DNA from: a virus
Taxonomy: Duplodnaviria; Caudoviricetes
Virus record (IMG/VR): IMGVR_UViG_3300033521_000021
Location: 1-29,547 of that record
Strand: one strand, 5' to 3'
Length of the DNA: 29,547 nt
Positions 15,226 through 25,475 of the stretch are shown here, in pieces. The notes below the pieces were generated by a model that made no database searches, was not told where the DNA came from, and saw only the letters and a list, made by a program, of their open reading frames with translations. Position numbers and translations under genes: made by a program. Each line of letters starts with the position of its first letter. Positions within the stretch are counted from its first letter, which is position 1.

Positions 15226-16098
15226 ATGAAATATATTCTGTTTTTTACTGAAGGTCATAATGGAGATATAGTTCATAATAAAGCATTCATTAAAGATATT
15301 TGTGAAAATATTGATGTAAAATGCTTTTACCATTATAACAGTAGTCCATCATTAATAAAAGATTTAAATGTAAAGTATACTCAAATTTACACTTACAATT
15401 TTTATGATTCATTTTTTGAAATGAATTCAATTTTATATATTAATGTTTGGTTGTGGCCATATATGTGTGAGAATGAAGAATATAAACAATCTGGAGTAAA
15501 TTTAAGAACTAATTATAAAGTATTTGAACAAATTTATAATAAAATAAATTCCACCTTTAATACTAATTTAAAATTAAAACCAATAGAACAATATCTTCCT
15601 TACATTGACTTTTCTAAAATAGATTGTTCTAGTGTAGATAACTACATTAAAAAAGACAACTCTAAGAAAGTATTGTTTTCAAATGGACCATGTTTATCTG
15701 GACAATCAATTCATAATGATGATATGTCAGATTTGATAATAGAACTAGCAAATCAATATAAAAATATTACATTCATAGCAACTAAAAAATTTAATTGTGA
15801 ATTAGATAATATTAAATTTACTGATGATATTATTCAAATTAAAGGATGTGATTTAAATGAAATTGGATACTTATCTACTTTTTGTGATCTAATCATTGGT
15901 AAAAATTCTGGTCCATTTTGTTTTTCTACAATTGAACAAAATTTAAATGACCCAACTAAAACATTTTATGCCTTTGGTCAAAATCCTAATGATTGGTTTT
16001 GTACAGGAGCAGATATTAAAGCAAATCATATATTTCAATCTTCAGAAAAAATAGAAGATATTCATAATGATATTAAAAAATTAGTATCTACTCTATAA
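15226..16098 (+). CDS. GT-B (GT9-like) glycosyltransferase
   Basis: N-terminal GHNGDI, C-terminal CDLIIGKNSGPF. Confidence 0.65.
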   Translation: MKYILFFTEGHNGDIVHNKAFIKDICENIDVKCFYHYNSSPSLIKDLNVKYTQIYTYNFYDSFFEMNSILYINVWLWPYMCENEEYKQSGVNLRTNYKVFEQIYNKINSTFNTNLKLKPIEQYLPYIDFSKIDCSSVDNYIKKDNSKKVLFSNGPCLSGQSIHNDDMSDLIIELANQYKNITFIATKKFNCELDNIKFTDDIIQIKGCDLNEIGYLSTFCDLIIGKNSGPFCFSTIEQNLNDPTKTFYAFGQNPNDWFCTGADIKANHIFQSSEKIEDIHNDIKKLVSTL

Positions 16099-17050
16099 TG
16101 TTATTATAAAGTAAATTAATTGATTCCTTTCTTTCATCAATATTCAAGGTGTCATTTGAAAATGCAGATGCAAAGATAATGATATTGGGATTATTAAGTA
16201 GTTTTCCCACCATTAATAGGTGAATAAAGGCATTTCCAAGTAGTTCTCCTCCAAAATTCATTGCTTCACTGACAGCATGAAATGCATAATTAGCACCTCT
16301 TTGCAAATCTCCTATAGAAAATAAAATCTGACTACAACGAATAAAAGCAAGAATCCTAAAACTATCAAAATAAGGTTTAGATATATTTAAAAACTCTTGA
16401 CCATATTCAAGTGCTTTTTGGAAATTTTTAACATTATAGTAGTGATTAAAAATAAACCAAATCCAATACCAGTTAGTTGGATCTTTTTTATGTTCCCTTT
16501 CACAGATAGTAAAATAAAATAGTTCTTTGTCTATGGTTTTGTTGATTTTCTTTGTAATCTTAATAGTAGTGTCTACACCAACCTCATTAGGATATTCTTC
16601 TGTTGGAACAAAGTTGGGAACTTCATGAACAGCATTTACCCAAGTATAATTGTTTGTTCTATGAAATCTTGTATGAACTTCATTAGATGGAACGGGTTTA
16701 TCAGTTTCATTATCATCGTATCTTAGATGTCTAAATGTGGTAAATTCTTGAGAAATAGCATCAAATCCTTCTGGATAAAACTCATCAACATCTTCATTAA
16801 AATCAAGAACAAATGCCCAATCAGTTTTGACATAAGAAAGTGCTTGATTTCTTGCTACTGAGAAGTCAAACTCCTCTCTTGTTTGTGGATGTTCATAAAC
16901 TTCTATTCCAGCATCACGAAGTAACTGAACTGTATTGTCTGTGCTTCCAGTATCAACTACAACTGTATGATAAAACTTTTTGGAGTTGTTAATGAACTTC
17001 TCAATATTCTTCTCTTCATTCTTACAGATAGCATATAAAGTTACATTCAT
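16088..17050 (-). CDS. GT2-family glycosyltransferase with C-terminal TPR-like helices
   Basis: AICKNEE, VVVDTGSTD, FDFSVARNQAL, W...VHE; DxD position reads DFNE. Confidence 0.85.
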   Translation of the reverse strand: MNVTLYAICKNEEKNIEKFINNSKKFYHTVVVDTGSTDNTVQLLRDAGIEVYEHPQTREEFDFSVARNQALSYVKTDWAFVLDFNEDVDEFYPEGFDAISQEFTTFRHLRYDDNETDKPVPSNEVHTRFHRTNNYTWVNAVHEVPNFVPTEEYPNEVGVDTTIKITKKINKTIDKELFYFTICEREHKKDPTNWYWIWFIFNHYYNVKNFQKALEYGQEFLNISKPYFDSFRILAFIRCSQILFSIGDLQRGANYAFHAVSEAMNFGGELLGNAFIHLLMVGKLLNNPNIIIFASAFSNDTLNIDERKESINLLYNNIIE

Positions 17051-17739
17051 TTTTGATTCTCCACTCTTTCATGTTCTCTTAAAATATTAGTTTTAGTGGG
17101 ACCCCAATCATTATTAGGATTCACATAAGTTTGATAGAAGTCATATGCTCCACGAATAAGATTCAAAGAAGAAATCGATAGGGCAAGCAACACTAACTTT
17201 TGAATCACTGCAATTTGTTCTTGAATTTGATTGTCCAGTTTGATTCTATCTAAAATACTTCTTTGATGAAGTTTTGGAAGTTCAACCTCAGTTTCAGGTT
17301 TTCTTGTATAAGTCCAGGTGCTTGTTTCAAAGTCATATTCAGCAAGATTTGCATGATCATAATTTCTCATAATTGGGGAACAAATATAAGGAATCTCCTT
17401 ATCAATATGTCCAACACTCAAATCAATCAAAATAGGAACTTCAGTCTCAGTAATACAAATTACATGAGTGGATAACATTTTATCCTTGGTATAATTATTT
17501 TGATTAAACCCAGGATATCCCACCAAAAATAGTCCTGGTGGGTCTTTCAGAGTCACCATTAGACTACACTCAAGTATTTGAGATTTGATACCTTCTTTAT
17601 GTAAGAGTTTGTGAATAATATCACTCATACTCACACAATAACCTGAACCTGCTTCTAGCATTCCAGAGGTCTTTAAATTATCTACAACACCTTTGATAGT
17701 CTTAAAGTATTCAGTTTGAGTTACGGGATGATTTTTCAT
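17047..17739 (-). CDS. Hypothetical protein with possible Cys-His-Asp (transglutaminase/papain-like) triad
   Basis: GYCVSMS, THVIC, LIDLS; start set at MKNHPV (ATGA overlap). Confidence 0.5.
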   Translation of the reverse strand: MKNHPVTQTEYFKTIKGVVDNLKTSGMLEAGSGYCVSMSDIIHKLLHKEGIKSQILECSLMVTLKDPPGLFLVGYPGFNQNNYTKDKMLSTHVICITETEVPILIDLSVGHIDKEIPYICSPIMRNYDHANLAEYDFETSTWTYTRKPETEVELPKLHQRSILDRIKLDNQIQEQIAVIQKLVLLALSISSLNLIRGAYDFYQTYVNPNNDWGPTKTNILREHERVENQK

Positions 17740-18422
17740 AAGTATGTGCTCCAATCAATACAAGGGGATAAAAACTGCGAATGGCAGTGTGTAGAATAAC
17801 CAGGAATACTTGATATTAAATTTCTTCCTCTCTTATGTAGTTCAATAAATTTACCATGATCTGCAGAAGGTTCATATCCAGTTGAGAAGTGTCTATGAAT
17901 TTCTTGATCTTGCTTGAGTGTTTTAAACTTAACAGCAAAGGTATTTGTTGTTGAAGGAGTTGGCATCCAATGAGAATGTTTTGTTGCCAAAACCTTAGTC
18001 ATAAACTCTTTATACATTTCTTGATACTTATCTCCATGGTCATATAAAGTTACATATTGAACTGGAAGAGTAAACCCATCCATAAGAACTTTATCCCATC
18101 CTGGACGATGAACATAATCATCCTCAAGAAAATAAATGATTGTGTCATCATCAAAGTCTTGTGAAAGAATATGTTCTAATGTCTTACAAAAACTAGAACT
18201 TTCTTTACCAGAGTTAATTGTGATTGCTTCTTCATCTTTGAGGAAAGTATCTTCTTGCTTTCCATAAAATTCATCAAAGATGATTGTGTAGTTGGTGGTT
18301 TCTGCATTCAAAGTACTCTTGAAATTCTGGAATACCTTTTCCTTATTCCACCAATCTGGACGATTTGCTCCAGAAAGATTGACTTTAGATGTATAACAAT
18401 GTCTTAAAAATACCTCAATCAT
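17736..18422 (-). CDS. GT-A fold glycosyltransferase-like protein
   Basis: IYFLEDDYVH, YDHGDKY, STTNTFA. Confidence 0.7.
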   Translation of the reverse strand: MIEVFLRHCYTSKVNLSGANRPDWWNKEKVFQNFKSTLNAETTNYTIIFDEFYGKQEDTFLKDEEAITINSGKESSSFCKTLEHILSQDFDDDTIIYFLEDDYVHRPGWDKVLMDGFTLPVQYVTLYDHGDKYQEMYKEFMTKVLATKHSHWMPTPSTTNTFAVKFKTLKQDQEIHRHFSTGYEPSADHGKFIELHKRGRNLISSIPGYSTHCHSQFLSPCIDWSTYL

Positions 18423-19198
18423 ATATTAAAGTTATCATAAAGTTTTACATTTTCCTCACCAATCACTTCTTCTGGAGGTGGTGAAGTTCTTTGAAGTTGA
18501 GTTCTTATTTGGTGAAGATTATCAATACCCCACTCATAATCTTTCTCTTCAGCACAAGTATTTAGAATGTTAGAAAAATCGTGTGAATGAGATTCTATCT
18601 CCAAAAATTCATAGATTTTGTTTATTTCTTTTTCTGGGTTTTGTGTAAGATCATTATAATCTACCAAATGAATATTTTGTCTATTATGAGTTAGACCATA
18701 TACTAAACTTTCATATGGGTCACTCACATAATTCTTCCAAAGACATTCAATCCTATTATCTTTAGTAATTTCTTTTCCTTCTCTTCTTAAATGAGCATCT
18801 ACAAAATTATCTGTTCCATTCTTTTCAATAAGAATAATATATGAAGAAAGAACTTCACTAACTCTGCGATTGGTTGCTATAATCTTTGGAGTTTGATGTA
18901 AAAACTTTTCGATAGAAGAAATATTCTTACACCAACCACGATGTTTATCAAGAATATAAGGTTTCTCTATATGATTATAAAAGTTAGAAAGTATTGAACT
19001 ATATGTATTATATGTGATTGCTTTTTTATCATAAGTATATTGAATGTCTAATTTTGAAAATCCATCATCAATCCAACAAAGCAAATCTGCTAATGGTGAT
19101 GTTGGAGTTGCTTGTAGTTTTGGATGTTGTGAAAGAATTGATCCAAGTAAAGTAGAACCTGATCTTGGAAGACCAGAAAGAAAAAATAATGTTTTCAT
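18419..19198 (-). CDS. PAPS-dependent sulfotransferase-family protein
   Basis: 5'-PSB loop SGLPRSGSTLL, DK, R..SEVLSS, YNDL..NP; start set at MKTLFF. Confidence 0.85.
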   Translation of the reverse strand: MKTLFFLSGLPRSGSTLLGSILSQHPKLQATPTSPLADLLCWIDDGFSKLDIQYTYDKKAITYNTYSSILSNFYNHIEKPYILDKHRGWCKNISSIEKFLHQTPKIIATNRRVSEVLSSYIILIEKNGTDNFVDAHLRREGKEITKDNRIECLWKNYVSDPYESLVYGLTHNRQNIHLVDYNDLTQNPEKEINKIYEFLEIESHSHDFSNILNTCAEEKDYEWGIDNLHQIRTQLQRTSPPPEEVIGEENVKLYDNFNI

Positions 19199-19215
19199 AA
19201 TGAATATAATGATGT

Positions 19216-20400
19216 TTATATGGATGGATCTATGTATGTGACTGCTATTGTGGAATCTCCCAAAGCAATGCCTTTCCAATTATTTCCTCCAGCAAATGTT
19301 GTAACTGGACTATTTCTTTGAGTGGTATTATTAATTCCAAGTTGCCCATAAACATTATTCCCCCAAGTCCACAAAGTTCCATCAGTTTTTACTGCTCCAG
19401 AATGTCTATATCCACAATCAACTTGTTTCCAATTATTTCCTCCAGCAAAAGTAGTGACTGGTGTTGGTCTATTAGTAGTATCATTTACTCCCAATTGTCC
19501 AAAATTATTACGACCCCAGGTCCATAAAGTTCCATTAGTTTTTATTACAGCAGACATATCTTGTGATCCACCAGTATTTGCGGGTCTTTTCCAATCATTT
19601 CCCCCGACAGATGTGGTTACTGGTGTTGGTCTATTAGTAGTATCATTGACTCCTAGTTGACCATAAGCATTTCCCCCCCAAGTCCATAAAGTTCCATCAG
19701 TTTTTACTGCATTGACAAAATTTATACCACAACTAATTTGTTTCCAGTTAATTCCTCCAGCAAATGTAGTGACAGGTGTAAGTCTATCTGTTGTATTATT
19801 AACTCCTAATTGACCTCTAAGATTGTCTCCCCAAAGCCACAGAGTTCCATCAGTTTTAACTGCTGCAACAAAAAAGTTTCCCCCACTAACTTGTTTCCAG
19901 TTAGTTCCTCCAGCAAAAGTAGTGACTGGTGTTGGTCTATTTGTGGTATTATTAATCCCCAATCCCCCATAAGCATTACGTCCCCAAGTCCATAAAGTTC
20001 CATCTGTTTTAACTGCTGCTGAATGGTTCCCTCCACAGTGAACTTGTTTCCAGTTAGTTCCTCCAGCAAATGTAGTGACTGGTGTTGGTCTATTTGTTGT
20101 ATCATTAACTCCTAATTGCCCATAAGCATTCAAGCCCCAAATCCACAAAGTTCCATCATCTTTAATGCCCGCATAATGATCTGCCCCACCTGATATTGTC
20201 CTCCAGTTTGCTCCACCAGTAAAAGTTGTGACTGGAGTGGTTCTATTTGTTGTTGTTCCTGAAGCATTAATTCCCAATTGACCAAAATCATTACGTCCCC
20301 AAGTCCATAAGTTCCCAGTTCTAAAAGCATCAGCAGGTACAAAAACATCATCAAAGGAATATATCAATCCATTTTGTGTGTAATTGTAAAAAGTAGGCAT
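19216..20400 (-). CDS. RCC1/BLIP-II repeat 7-bladed beta-propeller protein C
   Basis: 7 x WxWGxNxxGQLG...[15 protein letters not shown]...AVKTDGTL. Confidence 0.92.
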   Translation of the reverse strand: MPTFYNYTQNGLIYSFDDVFVPADAFRTGNLWTWGRNDFGQLGINASGTTTNRTTPVTTFTGGANWRTISGGADHYAGIKDDGTLWIWGLNAYGQLGVNDTTNRPTPVTTFAGGTNWKQVHCGGNHSAAVKTDGTLWTWGRNAYGGLGINNTTNRPTPVTTFAGGTNWKQVSGGNFFVAAVKTDGTLWLWGDNLRGQLGVNNTTDRLTPVTTFAGGINWKQISCGINFVNAVKTDGTLWTWGGNAYGQLGVNDTTNRPTPVTTSVGGNDWKRPANTGGSQDMSAVIKTNGTLWTWGRNNFGQLGVNDTTNRPTPVTTFAGGNNWKQVDCGYRHSGAVKTDGTLWTWGNNVYGQLGINNTTQRNSPVTTFAGGNNWKGIALGDSTIAVTYIDPSI

Positions 20401-20768
20401 TAGAGGACTTCCCAGTTATTATTCTTAAAATAAATCACTGGAGTATTCATTATACTACTCCATTTACTAAAATAATTTAATATATCTGTATTTATTTCTT
20501 CCTTTGTTGATATTAACTTAAGATATTGACCATTCTCATTATTCTCTACAGAAACAATCACTCCACATTTATCAGGTCTCATTTCTTCATCTATGAGTTC
20601 TTGAGACCAGGCACAGAAATAACTTTCACATACTTTTGGTCTTGCCTTATGGACACTACATCCAGATTCACATAAGAACTTACAGGTTTTTCCATTACCA
20701 AAAGTATGCCCATAAGCACTACCATTCAACCAAGTACAGCAAGCAGTACAATCTCCACAAGGTCTCAT
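20400..20768 (-). CDS. CxxCxxCC (YkgJ-like) cysteine-cluster protein
   Basis: CGDCTACC, CKFL...CSVH..RP.VC..Y.C. Confidence 0.8.
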   Translation of the reverse strand: MRPCGDCTACCTWLNGSAYGHTFGNGKTCKFLCESGCSVHKARPKVCESYFCAWSQELIDEEMRPDKCGVIVSVENNENGQYLKLISTKEEINTDILNYFSKWSSIMNTPVIYFKNNNWEVL

Positions 20769-21439
20769 TTTATATAATCTTCCTCCCTAAAATAATACTC
20801 ATAGTTATTAAAGTTAAATGGGTCTCTATCAAAATTTATATCATTATATAATGTCTTTGGATAGCAACTATCACTATCTCCAATCCATCTTTCTTTTTCC
20901 ATTCTACAATCAGAATCGATATATCTAGATTTGATCGTGTTTATATAAGAAGCATTTGCCCACCAAAAGTTTCCCATATAGGCATAAGTTCTATCATTTT
21001 CAATCAAAGAACCATCCTCACAGATACTTGGTCCTATTGTTCCTAAATGAGATCCAACACAAGTATATTCATCAAGATGTTTTACACACTCTTTCCATTT
21101 ATCAATTGTAAAATATTCCATCATCAATCTCCAAGAATGAACTGAAAGTTCATTTTTAGTTGCTCCCTTTGTATGAAAGTATAAGACTTTATAATCTGAG
21201 TTTTCTTTACAAAATTGTTTTAATGATAGCAAAGTTTCTTTTTCAGACTTCCAATCTTTATTATAATTAACTGTTGCTTTTTCTGGAATATTAAAAAGTT
21301 CTTTCTCTCCATTTATTCCAAAGTGAATATAGTCTGCTGCTTGAATTAAACCAGAAGAATATAGTCTATGAACTTGTTGCTGGTAAATAAAAGCACCAAA
21401 ACCAATTTGTGCTATATGATAAAAGATTGCTATTTTCAT
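20765..21439 (-). CDS. Putative glycosyltransferase-like protein
   Basis: VLYFHTKG, WR..MEYF, GNFWWA, E.WI pattern; gene context. Confidence 0.55.
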   Translation of the reverse strand: MKIAIFYHIAQIGFGAFIYQQQVHRLYSSGLIQAADYIHFGINGEKELFNIPEKATVNYNKDWKSEKETLLSLKQFCKENSDYKVLYFHTKGATKNELSVHSWRLMMEYFTIDKWKECVKHLDEYTCVGSHLGTIGPSICEDGSLIENDRTYAYMGNFWWANASYINTIKSRYIDSDCRMEKERWIGDSDSCYPKTLYNDINFDRDPFNFNNYEYYFREEDYIK

Positions 21440-22203
21440 AATGAAAATCTATCACCATCCATACCTTTAATTAAATCTAGTCCAAGCACAGGAACATTTA
21501 TAATATTATCTCTATCAATAAAATGATAGAAAGAGTGTTCAATATCAATTCCAGCAGTCATTTGGATTGCTCTTTCCATATATTGAAAACTTTTTTGAAG
21601 AACAGCATAGATATTCATGAACAAAAATCTATCAAATGACCACAAACCAGTCACAACATTACCTTTACATCCATAGAGAGTTGTGTAAATATCATCCATA
21701 TTTTTAAATCTTTCATCATAATCATAATATTTCATCACATACTTGTTTGTGAAAAATCTACTTTTATAGTCATTAATATCAAAGTATTCATTTAATTTGT
21801 ATCTTCCACTTAACTTGAATATTCTAGTTACATCATTAAAAACATTATGCTCCATCATATATTCTAAAACCAATTCCAAACATCTACACTCAAGCATAGA
21901 CTTTACAAATGTAAATTTATTTGGATCTCTATGAAGATTCTCATAAAGAGATTTCATATATGGGTCATTACCAAACTCAAGAAATAAATCACTCTGTTCA
22001 ATAAACCTATCTTTATACTCTTGTTTGATTGGTGTTTCTGATCCTTCATATATCAAGATATAAGCATCAGGAACTTTATCTTTGATTGACTGAATAGTAT
22101 CTAATGTCTGTAGAAATCTTTGTTCAGCATTAAACTCACTTAAACTTTCTTCCTTGAAATGGTTGATTGCTGATCCAACTAAAAACAAAAACTTATAGTT
22201 CAT
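21436..22203 (-). CDS. Putative glycosyltransferase-like protein
   Basis: R..QT..TI.SI, IFKLSGRY, DIEH pattern; gene context. Confidence 0.55.
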   Translation of the reverse strand: MNYKFLFLVGSAINHFKEESLSEFNAEQRFLQTLDTIQSIKDKVPDAYILIYEGSETPIKQEYKDRFIEQSDLFLEFGNDPYMKSLYENLHRDPNKFTFVKSMLECRCLELVLEYMMEHNVFNDVTRIFKLSGRYKLNEYFDINDYKSRFFTNKYVMKYYDYDERFKNMDDIYTTLYGCKGNVVTGLWSFDRFLFMNIYAVLQKSFQYMERAIQMTAGIDIEHSFYHFIDRDNIINVPVLGLDLIKGMDGDRFSL

Positions 22204-22873
22204 AAAAACACGATGAATGATGTGGAATGATTTTTTGATCTTCTAGTATATTATTTACACGAGTTGTCCAAAGGTCTGGTATTTCATTATTAAAATCACT
22301 AATTCTAAAATAATGCCAAGTTGCTGGATATAAAGTTCCTCTTCCATACATTCCATAACCAGAAAGTTTATATTCTTCTTTACCATCATATCCAATAGGA
22401 TACATTAGTTGATATGGCATTCCAATTTGGTCTGCTCTTAAAGAAAGTAATTGTGCAGTATCTATTTGTACTCCATTCTGCATAAACCAAGAAAAATCAG
22501 GACTACCTAAAGTATTCCAAGCATTTTTGGTTACAATTAAACAAGAAGCAGCAGCATAGATATGATTTCTCATTTGTGTATGAGAAATGTTTTGAGCATT
22601 ACCTACAAATGAATTATTTGTTACTGCCCAGGAATATGCTTTCTCTAGAAGATGCTTATTATGAGGAAGGCAATCAATATCCAAAAAACAAGCAACTTCT
22701 TCTTGCTCCATCACAGAAGTCATAAACTTTCCGTGAGCAGTATAAGCACTATCATAATCAATAAATTCTTCACTATGATATTGAACTTCTATGCCAATCT
22801 TATTGCAGACCTTTTTGTGGTCTTCTGCAAGTTGCTCTGAAAGATTATTTGTATAAAATGTATGGAATTTCAT
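22193..22873 (-). CDS. GT-A fold glycosyltransferase-like protein
   Basis: FLDIDCLP (DxD), HG..M, DTA. Confidence 0.6.
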   Translation of the reverse strand: MKFHTFYTNNLSEQLAEDHKKVCNKIGIEVQYHSEEFIDYDSAYTAHGKFMTSVMEQEEVACFLDIDCLPHNKHLLEKAYSWAVTNNSFVGNAQNISHTQMRNHIYAAASCLIVTKNAWNTLGSPDFSWFMQNGVQIDTAQLLSLRADQIGMPYQLMYPIGYDGKEEYKLSGYGMYGRGTLYPATWHYFRISDFNNEIPDLWTTRVNNILEDQKIIPHHSSCFYEL

Positions 22874-24210
22874 TTGCTCATAAACTCTCCAAACTCTTTA
22901 ATGGGAGTATCCCAAGTTCTTGGTTTCTTTTGACGAAATAGATGAACATTATCTCCATACCACATAGATTTTCCTGTTGAACTTGTCCAAACATAATATT
23001 CCATAATGGGAACAAAGACACATACTTCTTTTCCTAGTGCTGCTGCAACGTGTGCTACAAAACTACAAGAAGTCACAACCATATCAAGGTTTTGAATAAT
23101 AGAAAATGTATCAGCAAATTCTCTACCTTGAACTGATAGTGATTGTTTGATTTCTGGATACTCATCAGCATCCTTATTATCACTATGAGTTTGAAGTGAA
23201 TATAATGAGTATCCTTTATTTCCAAGCACACTCACATAGTCTTTGAGTTCTACACTTCTAAATGAGTTCTGTTCAAATCCAGAACTAGATGCCCAGAACA
23301 TTCCAATCTTGTATCCAGTATCTTCCTGCATCCATTTCCATTTCTCATCATACTTTGGAATGGTTTGGAGATAAGGTTCTTTCCCTAAATCTTCTATTGT
23401 TAGATTAAGATAATAAGGAAGTGCAAGTCCATAAACCCAACAGGCATCTTTAGGAAACTCTGGTTTATCATAAACACAAACAGCATCATAACCATTATAT
23501 TGAAAGAGTTCTACAAGTTCTTTTCTGGTTGAACTCCAAATAGGTTTCATTCCAAGTTCTTTGAGATGCTTCATAAACCTGATATGAATCACTTCATCAC
23601 CAGCACCACATTCATTATCTACAATAATAGTTCTTCCTGGTGTAATAGTTCCATCCCATTTCTCATACTCTGGAAGTTTTCTATTTTTATATGCTTCTAC
23701 TTCTCCTGCCTTGAGAAAATGTTGAAGTCCTGTACGAATATCATCCTTTCTGAAATAATGTCCTGATAAGTTATGATATGCTTTTCTTTCAATTTCTTCT
23801 GGTAGTTTCTTTTGAAGAAGATTGAATAAAAGTTTTTCTGATTTGTCTTTTTGATTGAGGGCAGAATAAGCAAAAGTTTCCTCAAGAAGAAGTTCAGTAT
23901 CTTGAGGATTTTGTTTCTTTATTTTTTCAATTTGAGTTATTGCTTTCTCTGGGATGTTAGACTGATTATAAGCATTAATCAGGTTCTTTGCTGTTGTATA
24001 TTTTTCTTCTTTTGTCTTTGCTAATTTGAGTCCCTGTTCTCCATACTCAATTGCTTTGGAGAAGTTTTTAAGTTCAAAAAAGCACTTTGCAATCTCATCA
24101 TATTGCTGAAATACTTGTGCTTTTTTTCCAAAAGCATCTAGAAGTTCAAATGTAAGTTGATGTTCTTGAAAAGAATATAAGGTTTTTGCTACCAATTCAA
24201 GGGGATTCAT
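22870..24210 (-). CDS. TPR + GT-B (GT9-like) protein
   Basis: N-terminal TPR helices, WDG, E.GAGDEVI..RF, LDMVVTSCSFVAHVAAALGK, SMWY..VHLFRQ. Confidence 0.8.
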   Translation of the reverse strand: MNPLELVAKTLYSFQEHQLTFELLDAFGKKAQVFQQYDEIAKCFFELKNFSKAIEYGEQGLKLAKTKEEKYTTAKNLINAYNQSNIPEKAITQIEKIKKQNPQDTELLLEETFAYSALNQKDKSEKLLFNLLQKKLPEEIERKAYHNLSGHYFRKDDIRTGLQHFLKAGEVEAYKNRKLPEYEKWDGTITPGRTIIVDNECGAGDEVIHIRFMKHLKELGMKPIWSSTRKELVELFQYNGYDAVCVYDKPEFPKDACWVYGLALPYYLNLTIEDLGKEPYLQTIPKYDEKWKWMQEDTGYKIGMFWASSSGFEQNSFRSVELKDYVSVLGNKGYSLYSLQTHSDNKDADEYPEIKQSLSVQGREFADTFSIIQNLDMVVTSCSFVAHVAAALGKEVCVFVPIMEYYVWTSSTGKSMWYGDNVHLFRQKKPRTWDTPIKEFGEFMSK

Positions 24211-24232
24211 ATAAGAATAATGTATTTGAAGG

Positions 24233-24239
24233 TATTTAG
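24233..24239 (-). promoter_or_regulatory. T4-type late promoter-like box
   Basis: CTAAATA about 23 nt upstream of ATG 24210. Confidence 0.45.
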
Positions 24240-25474
24240 ATACCTTGTAGATCGTCTGAAGTTTTTATTGCATATGTATTATATGTACTACAAGCAATTT
24301 GTTTCCAGTTGGTTCCTCCAGCAAATGTAGTAACTGGAGTTGTTCTGTTGGTGAAGGTATTAATTCCCAACTCACCATCATTATTGTATCCCCAAGTCCA
24401 TAGAGTTCCATTAGTTTTTATTGCTGCTGTATGAAAAACACCAGAAGCAACTTGTCTCCAGTTATTCCCTCCAGTAATTGTTGTGACTGGAGTACACCTT
24501 CCTGTAGTGTCTCCAGCAACATTAATTCCCAGCTGTCCTTGATTATTACGTCCCCAAGTCCATAAAGATCCGTCAGTTTTGATTGCTGCACAATTCCATT
24601 CATTTGCAGAAACTTGTTTCCAATTAGATCCTCCTATGAATGTTGTAGTTGGAGTGGTTCTGATTGTTGCATCTCCAGCAGTATTGACTCCCAATTGACC
24701 ATATCTATTAAGTCCCCAAGTCCAAAGAGTTCCATCAGTTTTTACTGCTACTGTGTGTCCATATCCACAAGCAACTTGTTTCCAATTAGTTCCTCCAGCA
24801 AATGTTGTGGTTGGAGTAATTCTTGTATTTCTGTCATTAACTCCTAGTGCCATATAAAAACTATTTCCCCAAGTCCACAAAGTTCCATTAGTTTTTATGG
24901 CAGATACGTGTGCAGTTCCAACTGCAACTTGTTTCCAATCAATCCCCCCTATAAATGTAGTCACTGGAGTGCTTCTATTATTTGTTGCCCCAGCAGCAAC
25001 ATTAATACCTAATTGTCCATCATTATTAGATCCCCAAGTCCACAAGGTTCCATCAGTCTTAATTGCTGCTACACTAAAAACACCACAAGCAACCTGTTTC
25101 CAGTTAGTCCCTCCAGCAAATGTAGTGACTGGAGTTGTTCTGTATGTGGTGGCATTAATTCCCAATTGAGCAAAATTATTGATTCCCCAAGTCCACAAGG
25201 TTCCATCAGTCTTAATTGCTGCTGCAAATGCAAACCCAGCAGAAACTTGTTTCCAATTTGCTCCTCCAGAAAGTGTTGTAGTTGGAGTAGCAGAATTTGA
25301 TGTATTATTATTTCCAAGTTGTCCAGAATTATTATATCCCCAGTTCCACAATTCTGGTGTAATTAACTGATTGGCAATTTGTGGATATACTGACATCAAA
25401 TATTCTTTGGTAATTAATTTATTGCCTAGATCAGTACCAAAAGAATCTCTGAAATTAGTTGTTGGGTTTGGCAT
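24236..25474 (-). CDS. RCC1/BLIP-II repeat 7-bladed beta-propeller protein B
   Basis: 7 RCC1 repeats, some with loop insertions (VAAGATNN, TAGDAT). Confidence 0.92.
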   Translation of the reverse strand: MPNPTTNFRDSFGTDLGNKLITKEYLMSVYPQIANQLITPELWNWGYNNSGQLGNNNTSNSATPTTTLSGGANWKQVSAGFAFAAAIKTDGTLWTWGINNFAQLGINATTYRTTPVTTFAGGTNWKQVACGVFSVAAIKTDGTLWTWGSNNDGQLGINVAAGATNNRSTPVTTFIGGIDWKQVAVGTAHVSAIKTNGTLWTWGNSFYMALGVNDRNTRITPTTTFAGGTNWKQVACGYGHTVAVKTDGTLWTWGLNRYGQLGVNTAGDATIRTTPTTTFIGGSNWKQVSANEWNCAAIKTDGSLWTWGRNNQGQLGINVAGDTTGRCTPVTTITGGNNWRQVASGVFHTAAIKTNGTLWTWGYNNDGELGINTFTNRTTPVTTFAGGTNWKQIACSTYNTYAIKTSDDLQGI

Positions 25475-25475
25475 A

